From Geosiphon pyriformis uo1 (taxonomy: Eukaryota; Fungi; Glomeromycota), in assembly GCA_016748015.1 (NCBI GenBank), contig JAAOMT010000299.1, positions 1,039,924-1,103,923 on the forward strand: DNA of 64,000 nucleotides, written 5' to 3'. The notes beneath the pieces are model-generated. The model saw only the letters and a list, made by a program, of their open reading frames with translations. It had not been told where the DNA came from and ran no database searches. The position numbers and the translations under genes are program-made. Of this stretch, positions 38,207 through 51,219 are shown in pieces; positions within the stretch are counted from its first letter, which is position 1, and the number at the start of each line of letters is the position of its first letter.

Positions 38207-40605
38207 TTAGTAATTATTTGATTAATATTTTAAAGCTATAAAAAAAATAAATACTTTTTTTTATATAGACTATTATAGTTTTTAGCACTTTTTTGCTAAT
38301 ATTTTAATAAATTAAATATAAATTTTAAGAAATTACAAATTATTTTAACAAACTATTAACTATTTAAGTAAATTATAAAATCATTAATTATTTAAGTATA
38401 ATTTGTTTAAATTACTTTTTTTTTCAAAAATAAAACTGCCAAAATATTAATTATTAAAAAATATGCTAATATATAATTTATTAAGTTTGATATTATGACT
38501 TTTTTTTGTAATTTTGTGGATTTTCTTTGGATATAAAATACTAAAAAAACTATATATTAATTTCCAAAAATTTTATGTTTAAAGATTAAATATTTAAAAT
38601 AGTTAATAAGTTAAGTTAAATTAATATTGTTTTTATTAATTTGGTGTATAATTATGTGATAATTTACAAAAAACTAATTTGGTTACTTAATTTTAAGTTT
38701 TAAGCTAAATATAAAAAAAAAGATTGGTTGGTAATTAAAATTTTAAAATTTTAATATTAAAATATTATTTTTTTTGCTTAGTAATATTTTGATTTATAAA
38801 ATTAATTTAACCAAAAAAATTAGTTTAAATTTTAGTTTTGTCAAGAAATTGTTTTTAATTTTATTAATTTTTGAACTTTTAAATTGTTAATAAAATATAA
38901 TTAATTTTAATTAGCTTAAGTAGTTAATTATATATAGTTAAACATAAGTCTTACTTATTATTTGGTTTTTTGCTAAATTATATTAAATTATATTTATTAA
39001 AACAAAATAAAAATAAAAAAGTAATTATACTAATATTTAATATTAAAATTATATTATTATAAATTATTTAGTTTTCTGTGCTTTATTTTATAATATCTAA
39101 TATAAATTAGAATTTAAATTAGAATTTTAGAATTTTAAATGCTGAAATTAAAGTGTTTGAAAAATTAATAATGAAACTTATTAGTTTTCTAACAATATAA
39201 ATAATTTTATTGTTTGTTAATAAAAAAATATTTAACATAAAATTAAAAAAACAGTTTTTTTATTAAAACTAAATTGAAAATTTTAGTAAATAAAACATGT
39301 TTAATTTCTTTATAATTTTGTAAAAGCTGATTAAGCTTAATATAACATCAAAAAAAACATTTAAGTAATTTTTTTAAAGTATTTCAATTTTAAATTGTGT
39401 TATAAATGAAATAAATGCAAAAAAAATATTTATAGTGTTTAATATAGTGTAGTTTTAATGTAAATTTGAATAATTTATTACATGTAAAAAACATATAAGT
39501 TGTTTTTATTGTATAATATTCTTTATTATGTAATTATAAATTATAATTGAATTATGCTTAATAATATGTCAAAAAATAAAATAAAATCTATTAGCTTAAT
39601 TAATAATATTTATGTTAAGTAAAATCAATTAAAACAATTTAATTAATTCAAATATTTTGAAATATTAGTATTTTGTAACAAAACTATATTAATTATGCTT
39701 TTTATCCTAAAAATTAATTATTAACTTAATTATTTGTTTTTTATTAATTATATAAACAAACTTTTTTATAATTGTAAAAAAGCATTAAAAAAATAATCAA
39801 CTACAATTTAATTAATTAGTACTTTTAAATTAAAGTTTATTAATGTTTTTTAAATTTTTATTGTTAAATTAACTTGAAAATAGGAAACTTGTTTTTGTAA
39901 TCCTGAATAAATAATTTTGAAAATAATTAATACTGGTTATTGAATTTTAAGAACACTATTTAAAACATAAAATTACATAAGTTTATTATTTTTTATAAAT
40001 TTTTTCTACTCTTATATTTCTTTTAAAATATTTAGAAGCTGTAATTTTGAAACTAATTGCACAAATTGAATTGCTTATACATTTATTTTACTCTATTTTT
40101 GAAAATTTTTAACAATATTTACCATAATAAATAATTTTATTAGTTATTATTTTTATTTTTAATCTTTCATATTTTTCTTTTTTCAAAACTTTAATTGTTT
40201 ATAAATTTTTATTTCAATTATTTTATATATTATTATTATTATAAAATTTTTTATTAATAAACTTATCATTTTGTTATAATTAAAAACTAAATTGTTTTGT
40301 CTAAGATTCAAAGTTTTTTATATAATTTTTATTTATTTGATATGTTGTTTCTTAAGAATATCTTAAAAAAAAATAAAATCATAATATTTTTCTGAGATTC
40401 ATTAAGTATTTATAGAAAATTTTAAAAACAATAGTAATAGCAGGTGGCTAGTCACGCATGGTTTGCGAAAACTAGTTTGTACGAGAATACACCGTAAGCA
40501 AGGAAATATAATAATAATAATATGCTCATTTCAAATAATGTCAATTTTTCAAAAATGATTGTCAAATTGGTATATTTTCAACAAAGAACATGAAGTAAAA
40601 AGGAA

Positions 40606-40778
40606 TATTTTGGCAAATAGAGATATTATAACGAATAAAGTATTGTGGCAAAATAAATGTTGCATGCCAAAATAAAACATGTAAAAGTTTGCCTTTTTTT
40701 ACTTGAAAAAGTGGCATTTTTTATCACAATTCATTACAAATTATTAAATTTGCCACAATATTTCCATTTGCCGAAATA
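40606..40778. repeat. Imperfect inverted repeat, possibly a small MITE remnant
   Basis: TATTTTGGCAAATAGAGATATT (40606) versus AATATTTCCATTTGCCGAAATA (40757), plus an inner pair TATTGTGGCAAA / TTTGCCACAATA. Confidence 0.55.
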
Positions 40779-41384
40779 CTTTTTTTCTTAATTTAGTGTA
40801 ACATTTTTTCTTTGCTTTATTGAGTGTGTAGCGCTTTCACAATCTACTAATTTAGCACATGCACATATCGAAAGTAAACATGAACCGTACATTTCCATTC
40901 GTGACTTTATTATTCAATTTCTAATTTTTGAGTCAATTTAAAAGTTATGTTTAATATTTTATATAAATATTTCAAAATGAGTATCCATATTGCCTAGTTT
41001 CATTATTTCTTTGAGGAAAATTACTTCATATAATGAAGTCAGAAATTTTAAAAAAATCATTATTTGATAATTCTCTATTTCATCGTATGTGATAAGGATA
41101 CAGTAAAATTCTCGTCGTTTGGGTTTGCCCAGTAAAACATTCACATTCATCATTTCCTTAATATCGTTATCTCCAAAACGAAAAATTATTATATAAATGA
41201 TTTGCGATGGTTGACATACTTTTATTTGTTGCGATTAAATCAAATATTTGATATGTGAGTTCGAAACTCAATATTTGTGAGGCATTTAGTATCTCCAAAA
41301 CCACTATCGTTTCAGGCAATATTAAGAATAAATTCGAAAATTTCTTCCCTCTGAATAAATAGAACATAAAATTTGAAATTCTGA

Positions 41385-42939
41385 ATGAGTTATAGTCTGA
41401 AAAATTATATAAACATCATATTGAAAAGAATGTTGCCCAAAAATTATGAAAATTTTATAAAGGAAGTTTCTAAATTATTTTTAGTTATTAAAATAATCGG
41501 GTTCTACTTTCTTTTTGTTTATTTCCCTAATAATTTTTATTCCCAATCTTCAAATCACTGCAACATTTCATCTATCACAAAGCTAACATTGGATGATGCC
41601 TATAATCCACCTATAAAAATACGCATTCCATCTTTAAATTCCACCTCAAGTTGGAATAAAGCACATCTATTAAAACGAACAGGGTTTGGCAAACTCCAAA
41701 ATTCGTCTCCCTCGAAAATACTGGTCACTGATTTAGCCTTAATTGATTTCTTAACAGAAATGGCTCGAGTAGCAAATATTCCTTATTGTTTTCCACAAAA
41801 CAATATGTGGGGTGAGTAATAGGTTGTAAATGAAATTTCAATTTTCGAAAGAAGTTGTCCAAATTGCTGGAATTTTTCAATATTTTCCTACCAAAATCAG
41901 GTGAAGTATTCTTGGATGAAAAAAAGGAACATATTATTGGGCATTTTAGAGGAAGGTATTTTTAGACGTTATTTTCAAATCTAGATTCAAGGATTTTAAT
42001 TTTCTATTATTCTTAATATTTTTCATCGACTCATAGGCCCAGAGATGACAAGATCTCAATGGGAAAAACGTAAAAACATTTTAAGTAAACAGGAATCTAA
42101 ATATGGAGGAAGAGTGGACTCTAAATTTTGTACAGCACCTGCAGATCCTAATCTTCAGTATGTAATTATAAAAGTTATGACATTAGCTACAACAGTGTCT
42201 GGCTCTAAAATGAAATTAATTTTCACTGGACATGGAATTGGAGGAGGTAAAAAATCATAATATTCAAATTCAAATATTTTATTTATCGAGTTCCTTTAAA
42301 ATATCTCTCGACTAATAAAATGATTTTGCTTAAATATTTCAAGCATATGCTTTTAACACGGCCTTAACCATATTGACACTTGAAAAGGCTGGTTTATTAA
42401 CTACTTATCAATTTAACCGAAAATTTGAGATGCAGGTTATTACGTTCGGTCAACCACGCCTAGGCAATAATAAATTCGTTGAAATGATTCATAAAGAAAA
42501 GAACCAAGTAAAAATTTACAGAGTGACCAATGGAAATGACTACGTTTCCCAATTTCCAAAAAAAACTAAAGATAATAAACAATATTGGCATATCGATACT
42601 GAATATTGGATTCCTGGTATTGAAGATTGCGATTGTGGTTCAATGGCTGGACAAAAAAATGAGAATGGCTTGTATAGAGTTTATCAATGTCCTGGCTATT
42701 TTCCCAATGGTCAGAAACAGTTTGGTGAGAATTTGGTAAGGATTTGAAATAAAAGCTTTTCAGCATCAATATAATTTTCATCATGCAAAATGGATAAGAT
42801 TTCTCGCGAAAACCTAAAATCTAAATATATATTTTAGGAATGTAACGCAGGAACAGATGGATCGAGCAATTTTGCACATTTTGGTCCATGGTTTGGCACA
42901 ACTTTTGGAAATTGTCAGCATTTCCTCCCAGTTAAATAA
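41385..42939 (+). CDS. Class-3 lipase-fold protein with N-terminal hydrophobic segment, catalytic Ser absent; possibly a pseudogene
   Basis: Exons ~41385-41811, 41901-41951/5, 42037-42246, 42344-42735, 42838-42939. Motifs IIGHFRG, IFTGHGIGGA, ITFGQPRLGN, YRVTNGNDYV, YWHIDTEYWI, CN...HFGPWFG. The intron-2 donor is anomalous. Confidence 0.85.
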
Positions 42940-45900
42940 CGAAAATGATGAAATTTTTTATATTCTTAGCATTCAAAAGACTTTTCTAGCCAAACGTCAA
43001 CAAATGGGATGCTTTAAGTTTCTTTTATTTTCCGAAATTAAACATCAATACTGAGTTAAATTCAATCCTTAAGATTTAGGTTGACATGTTTCGATTTGAT
43101 TTTTCAGTTAATTTAATCAAAATAGGTTTTGTAATGTGTAAAATGAAATTTCAATCAAAATAATGGAAAAGATAAAATATTCACCTTACGATATGTAAAT
43201 AATTCTTTTGACTTGATTTTTTCCAAGTTTTATTTACCATTATTTAGATACATATTGAATATCATGAAATTTGACCCCCATAATAATATACCCCTGCGAT
43301 TAATCGGTCATTTCAAAGAGATTGTAAAAGGCCATAATCCAATTAATGTGAAATTTACAGGTTTGTTTGTAATTGGTGTGATTAAATTTTTTTTACAAAA
43401 TCAATATACTATAAATGAAAACTAAAACAAAATTGTAAAGCCAAAAATTACTACAATTTTCCGATTCTATATCACAATATTCATTATAACCATTTTCATC
43501 ACCAAAATCCAATTTTTTATTGTTATTCGATTGAAGAGGTTCTTGGATCAATATTCACATTACTAAAAACATAAAGTCGGAGTATTTTTTATGTCACAAA
43601 GTCATAGTTGAAAATCAATTTAACTTCAAGACCTTTTGAAATTTCACAATATTTAAATACAGTCAAATTATTGTTGAATTGGTATTATTTCAGGTATGTT
43701 TGACTTATCATAGAACATACAATATAGTTGTTAAAAATATCTTCAAATTATTACAGTCTTCTGATAACAAATTCCAATAGTTGTTGACTATTGTTAGCCT
43801 AAATAATGTTTTTTTCAGAATTTCTTAGCATGTTTTGTTTTAAGAATTCTTTAGGCTCTAAATCACCCAAATAATATATATATATCTAAAATTTATTTCC
43901 AAATAATTTTGTAAAAACCTTGTGTTTTCTAAATACACTTGAATATTAAGTATTTAAATTATTTTATTAATAACTGTTTTCAGGTTTGGAATTTAATCTG
44001 CTAATTTCAACAAAGTTAACAAATAGTCAATTTTGCAGTTATTAGAATTTTTTAATCAAAAAAATGAAATTCAAAAGTGATATTAGTTTTTGTTAATTAT
44101 AATTTTAATTAAAATAAAAATATTTTGGTAAATTGTATTTATTTTAAGTATTAAAGCTTTTAAGCTATTAATTAATATATTTCGTGAAAAAAATAGACTT
44201 GTTTTATACATTTTGAGTTTTAATATTTTCAATTTTAGTAATTTAGTTTTTGCAATAATTTTGGCAAATTTTTAATTGTGATAAAGTATGAAATGCTATA
44301 TAATTTAAATATTGCATTTTATTATAATTGTGAATTGTTACAAATTAAATTGTTAATAAAAAATAATTTTATAATGTTTTTTTTTTCAAATTTCAATTGG
44401 TAACATTTCTTTTTTTAAAATATTAAAATAAAATATATTTTAATTAAATTAATAATTGCAATTTGTTATTTAATTGCAAGTAAACATTAAAATAGTTTTT
44501 TGATCAATAATTTTAAAAAGTGTAAAGTATTTTGGTCAAAAAAACAATTGTTTATGTTAATTAAAATATTTTTGTTTAAGATTTTTAATAAATTGTTAAA
44601 TAGTATTATAAAAATTGATTGCCAATGAAATCGTTTGTAATGCTTTTTAAATTATGTTTTATAAATGGCTTAATTATAAAAAATTGTTCTATTTTTTTAA
44701 AAGCAATTGTTTCGATTTCTTTTAATAAGTCAAAAATAATAAAAAGTTTTTATTATAAAATGGTTTTTATTCTTTTAAAATACTCTTTTAATGTTTTTTT
44801 TATTGATAATATAAGAATTTTTTGTAAACTACAAAAAAATTTATACTTAATTATATTATGATTAACTGTTTTATGTGCAAAATCGTTAAAAATAAAACTT
44901 TATGGTATAAATTTGTTTTTTACTGGTTTTTTAAGGTTTTAAATAATTTTTTGTTAAAATATTTTACTAAAATATTTTTATTTATACTATTGAAAAGAGC
45001 TTGTAATAAATGCAGAGTTTTTTAGAAAGTATTATTATTGATAGACTTAAGAACGTTTTTTATTGAATAAATATTTTTTCAAAAATAAAACTTGTAATTA
45101 TGACTGTTTTTTGCTTAAATTTATTTGTGTTTTTATATATTTATAAGATTTGTAAAAGAGAGATTTCTAAAATATCAAAAAAACCATTTTAACACAATTG
45201 ATTAATTTATTTACATATATTTTTCATATAAATAAACTTTTTTTACAACATGTCTTTTGGACTATTATTAATTTACTTAAAACTCTTTGCACATTTGCTT
45301 TTTTTTTATGTGAGAGATCTTGTTATATTTCAACCTCATTAGCTAAACTAAGCAAAAATCATATGAAGAAATATATAAGATACCCAAGGTACAAGGCATC
45401 ATGCTGATCTCTAGATTAGATATCAGATTATGTGAAATTTATATTTCACTAAAGCATAATGAAGCTCAAAAAGTAGAAAAAATAACTTTGAATTTTATTT
45501 ATTAGTATTCACAACGGACTTGCAGGGAGAAATATAATTTAAGGTAATCTATTTCATATAATTGTTCTATTTCTAAAGACAAAGAAGAATGCATTGGTAT
45601 AGAATATGGGAAAATGATTTTTTACAATACAAAAAGTTTGTTATGTCACCAATTGAACAGCAAAAACGAAATATATTTCACTAGGCAGGAGTTAAGATTT
45701 ATAAGTTTTCTGAATTTCAATCATAATATTGCTCCTTGCAATTTATTATCGGTGGACGCCAAATTTTTTTATGCATAATAGTATTATTGGTGGGTATTTT
45801 TTTGAATTTAAACAACTTTTCTTTTCGAAATCGGGTCAAAATCTTACAATAGTAATAATTTGTAGAATAATTATTTATAAATTCAAATTTATAATATTAG

Positions 45901-47707
45901 ACAACATGAATTATTGTCTTGATAAATTTCAAAATTAAAATAATAAACTGGGAGGGGTTATTGCTTGTACCATCACACTAAAAAAAAAGGATCTCGATTT
46001 GACGAGGACCAGGGAAATTTGAAACATTGGAATTTTTCATCGCAACTAAATCAGGTCACAGATTGTGCACAACAGTTAATAATGCTTAATTTCACAACGT
46101 GGTTGTCCTCTATTTCGGGTGATTCGAATTTGAACTTTAAAGTTAAGAGTTATACTGCAGGAGGGCAAAGAAGCTACAAATGCATTTATTGTTAAGGCAT
46201 GCAACGCGTGAATTTCTTGCCAAGCTTTTTGATATTATAACATGCAACTTATCAGTATAGCTATAAATTAACGTTGGTTTCGTCGTAGTATTAATAAATG
46301 CAGAGTGGATTTAGTAGTTTGGATAATGCAAGAATCCAGACATTTGGCGGATTTCGTGTTTTCCCGGGTTTACATTAAGCATGTGAACTTTGAGGCATAA
46401 ATTTGAAATTTTTCTGAGGAGCCAAATTTATTGCCAAACGAAGATTGCAGCGAACCATCCCAGAGAGTTGAAAAAAATTGAAAACTGTAAGATAATCTCA
46501 GGACCAATTTTTGTGTCATGGCATTTTAGGTACGATATTATTTCGATTTACACGTTGCTAATAACAAAGGGTTCATTGCGTGCTTGTTCTTGGTCTCAAG
46601 ATCATCATAGTATTCAAAGGTAGTGTAATTGAAACTTTCATGACAGTAGCAATATAAAATACCTGTAGAGACTTCAAGTTTTTTTGTTCTTTTTCATTAA
46701 ACCTCTCGTTCGCAATCGGAAATATATACACCATTATGACCCAATCTTAAACTTTCAATCACATGCGCTTCTTATTTTCTTAGGAAATAATTGCATCCAT
46801 GATTAAGATTTCAAAAGTCGCGTTCCTCCACATAGTAGAGAAAAAAAAGGTACAAAATTACGCCCATATTTCATTATCAACTTGAAATCTCAAAAATTTT
46901 TCATTTACTGTTTAAATTCAACAATTGTATTGTATTATTATTTAACAAAGATTAGACGACGAAAGGCGAACAATATGCACAAATAGGTATTTTTTCTCAC
47001 TAACGTATTTTTATAGACAAAAAAGTATTCTAACTCTTTATGCCACCATTGTGATTATTATAAAGGGGGAAGAAAACATTTAAGTGGTGGTGGTGGTGGT
47101 AGTGGTGATGGCAGTAGTGTGATTGGTGTGATAATAAGATGATTACAATGTTAATACAAGGTGTAGAGCGACTAGAAACAACATAGAATAATATAGAAGC
47201 TTTACAAACCTAGGTTGAGGAAAAAAAAAAAAAAAAAGCAGAAGAACTTTTAGGAGAGGAATAGAGGCGAGGTTTGATAAAACTAAATTATATAAGCTTA
47301 GATAAAGATATATAAAAGTTGTCTTGACGATTACAAGTGGGCCACGGTTGAGAAAAAAACGAGAAACGTAAAGCTTAACTGGCCGGCATAGGTCATATAA
47401 TTCATTATGAAAAAAAGGGGGACGCTACATAAACCAAATAAAATAGTCGTCAATCGGAAGACAAAAAGAGATTAGAAATAAAATTATTGGAAACATGAAT
47501 TTTTAATTTGTGCTATTTTGTTCGTCGAATCGTTGTCATCTATCAAAGGTTCTACTTTTTTTAAAAAATGCGGCAAAATTGTCTTTTAAAATAGAGGAAA
47601 AGATAACAAAATGAAATATTTTAACTGGAGTTTTCTCCATTTTTTCTCTTCGATCCCTTTTTTCGTATAAAAAATAGTTTTTTGTCCGTTTCGTGCTTGA
47701 GCCAGTT

Positions 47708-50700
47708 TTACATAATACTTGTATAGGAATAATGCTGTCTGGAAGAAATACCATTTGCTGTAGCATTAGGATAGATCAAGGCTAAGTTGTCTGTGATGAC
47801 GGTATTGTGCTGTTGGGGTGACGAATTCTGTGAATTTATTATCGAGCCAATTGATTTTACGTGGATAGTTGGTGATGATGAGGCTGCAAGACCAGACGAC
47901 AATTGTGGCGTACCTATGCTACCAGTATCTGATGGACTATGTGTCGTTGTAGAAGTAGAAATTGAACTTGATGGATATATAGTTGTAGGACTATGCGTGA
48001 ACTTATAGTCAATGGGTGAGTTAGGACTATGCTGTTCCGAGACTAATGAACAGACATCATTTGAAATTTCAGTTTGCATATTATGAGATTGTTGCTCATG
48101 TTCTTGCTGCTGCTCTTGTTGATAAAGATTTATTTGAGACAGATCAAGTGGTGGTGGGACTGGATGACGTAGCCCCGTTTGAAGAAAAGAACTAGCGACA
48201 CCATTTTGTCCGGTGATCAAAGTGTTCATGGTTGGTGTAGTAGGAGTAGAATTTGGTGGACTAATCATGGCCACTGAATTATTATCATCATCATTACTAT
48301 CATTTGAAACAGCTACTGTTGTAACGGCTGCAATTGCGTCACGTTCAAGTTTTGCCTGCTTATTTTTGATTTGTACCCATCGAGTTCGACATTGTCGCTA
48401 TAGGAAAAGAGTGAGGGTTTAGTTTAAAAATTCCCCTATTATTCATATCAGAATAAATTTTATTGAATCACCTGAGTGCGTCCATCAATCATCTCCGCGA
48501 TACGAATCCAACAACGACCGAACCTCCGTACACCTTCCTTCAATATTTCATCTTCTTCAGGTGACCATTTACCTTTTCGAACACGAGGGTCCAAAGCTTC
48601 TGACCAACGAGCTTGACATTGAATTCCAGTTCGATGTGGGATCCGAGCGGCAATTTTATTCCATGGGATCGGCTGAGGATTACCATCGGAATCGATGAGA
48701 TCAACATATTCTGCTACAGCTTCTTTTAAGGCTGCATCTTCTTCTGGTGTCCAACGACCTTTGTGTATCGTTGGATTTAATGCACCTAACCATCTTGTTG
48801 AGCATTGCATTGGCGTACGATTGGGAACGTGCGCTGCAATTAACGACCATTTATGAGGACCATAGATACTTATCGCGGCTCTTAGTAATTGATCCTCTTC
48901 TTCTGTCCATTTTGTGTAAACTGGAGGTTTTTGGTTAACTAGGCTGGGTGATGATGGTCGCGATGATGAATTTGAAGTTGGCGTTGGTGGCTGTTGATAA
49001 TCAGGGTCGTATTGGGCATCGGAATATGTGTTAGGCTGCAAAAACGATAAAAATATTTATGCATAAGCGGTTGGGGTAGATGTAGGCACATGATCTAAGA
49101 ACTATCAAGATATCCATGACGTAACGACTTTGTCATACTGAGCCGGCCAATAGCTACAGGTACTGATCGACGTGTGAGAAATTTTTTCGAAAGAGCACAA
49201 AGGTTTCGTCATTCTTTCAATGCCGGTTGAAGCATTTTATGCCATTATTTCCCCGAAGAAGCACAATATCGTTGTCATACAAACAGAATTGATAATCATC
49301 ATAGAGAAAAACTTACATCGAATTGATAATCGTATTGTTGCATGGAAAGTTCATCGCTAAATGGCATTGGTTGTGTTTGCGAATAAGGAAGGGTTGCTGA
49401 TAATGGCGTTTGTAAGCCATCCAACGATACCATATTCGTGGGGCTCGGATAGGCACTTTGCAAGATCGATCCATAGGCAAGAGAACCCATTTCACATTCT
49501 TTCGTGGCCGGGAACTGGAAACAGAAAATAATATAAAGAAAAATTAACCCAAGAAATACAAACAAATTAAAAATTCCGAGATAGACAATTAGGGGAACAA
49601 GAGCTGAATTCAGGTTATTTTACCTGCCAATCTCCGTGATCAATTGGAGAATTCTTTGTAGTGGGTGGACGAAAAAAGGATAGTGTAAAAGGTTGGTTGA
49701 TTGAATGAGTAGAATTTTTATTGGTCAGTTAAGGCAACTCAATCCAGAGGGTTTTTCATCAAAGGAAATGGAGAGAACCGGAAAAGATTAACATGAGAAC
49801 TTACCAAATTTGATTTATGAATATTTCGTGGGACATTCTGTTGAATTTCTACATTACCTCGTGTTCCAAGTGAGTGTGAACTTGCATCTGAAAACTTTTT
49901 TCCATTTGTACAAACAAAGGGAAACAGGCATGGAAAAAAAAACAAAAAAAGAAATGACGATGATTAATTACATTTAGGGAAGTAAACAAGAAAAGAGCAA
50001 CAATTTGTTTGAATGTCAAAATCTGATAAGCTGCTGCAAAAAGTAGATCGTGACGCTATCAACAGAGACAATGAAACCTACCAATTTCTGAGGGAGGTCT
50101 TGTTTTTGAAAATCTTGCTGAGATACCTTTGGGAGCAACAATCAGATAAAAAGTTGTATTTTTTTTTAATGAAAAAGTTTGTTTCTATTATATATTATTT
50201 TATATTTATTTTATATACAAATAAAATCCAATTTAGATTTTGATATTTTCTGTACCTGATATGTTAAGGCTGCAGCGGCAGCTACAGGAGGATTTGGACA
50301 GTTGTTATTGCTTTGCTCACGAGAATAGTATTGCTAATTGAATTTGAGATGAGGGGTAAGAGAATCGTAAGAAGAATGTTTGACAAAAATATATTCATTT
50401 GCAAATGAAAACAAACGATTGAAGAGTCGAGGTTATTGTTATTTTTTTTGGGTCAAAATTTAAAAGTTTGGGACTCGATAAATAGTGGGATAAAAAAAAA
50501 GAACGCGATTTTGCGAAATTTAAGAAAGGATTGTGACAAGGGGTTTACTGTTGAATTCTGATTGGTTTTGAAGAAGACAAAGAAATACAAAACAATAATG
50601 ATAAAGTAAAAGCTGAATTGAATGACACCTACTTGGTAAAACGGTGTGACGTTTACATTGTTATTGTTATCAAGAAAGTATTGGTAAGGTAAGTGAATCA

Positions 50701-50792
50701 TCATTGGATTAGTATTGTCGGTGAGTTGTTGTGATTGTGTTGGTGTTGAGGGGTGATTGTAGTGATGGGTGGAAAGCAAAGAATGTGTTTGC

Positions 50793-50823
<31 letters not shown>

Positions 50824-51219
50824 CAGTTATCAGATTGTTACTGGCGTTATTATGGTTACGGTTGAGCTGGTAGCTGTGGTTGTTGTTCATTTCAGATGGG
50901 AAGGTATTATTGTTATTATTATTATGATCTTGATGATGTTTGTTAGTTGAAATTGAAAACGCGTCTTGTATTAAACTTGTTGGCGATAAAGGTAAAGTAG
51001 CTGTATTTGAGTACGCGTGATCTAAATTCTTCCCCAAAAAAATCAAAAAGAATTTTAAAGTTTTTAGATTTTTTTTTTAGAAAAGAAATCATTGATTAGT
51101 TAATTCCCTTATGGTATTAGAAAAATGTCATCAAAAAAACTTTTGTAAAACTCTTGAACATTACCTTGAAATGCGTTGTTGCTATTATTATTGTAGAAGT
51201 TTGGAAGGATCGCTGACAT
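47708..51219 (-). CDS. Three-repeat (R1R2R3-type) MYB transcription factor, ~689 aa
   Basis: Three Myb repeats (KWTEEED, GRWTPEED, GKWSPEED...RTQ|RQCRTRW). In-frame GT-AG model: 51219-51165, 51021-50633, 50333-50256, 50117-50082, 49887-49858, 49653-49624, 49514-49317, 49035-48472, 48397-47708. Q/N-rich N-terminus and S/T/P-rich C-terminus. The small exons are less certain. Confidence 0.9.

Larger units (their letters stand above)
36780..38400 (-). mobile_element. Another decayed copy of this LTR family, hosting two insertions (bounds approximate)
   Basis: 36810-36939 matches 34432-34570, and 38255-38380 matches 35180-35310. Confidence 0.6.
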
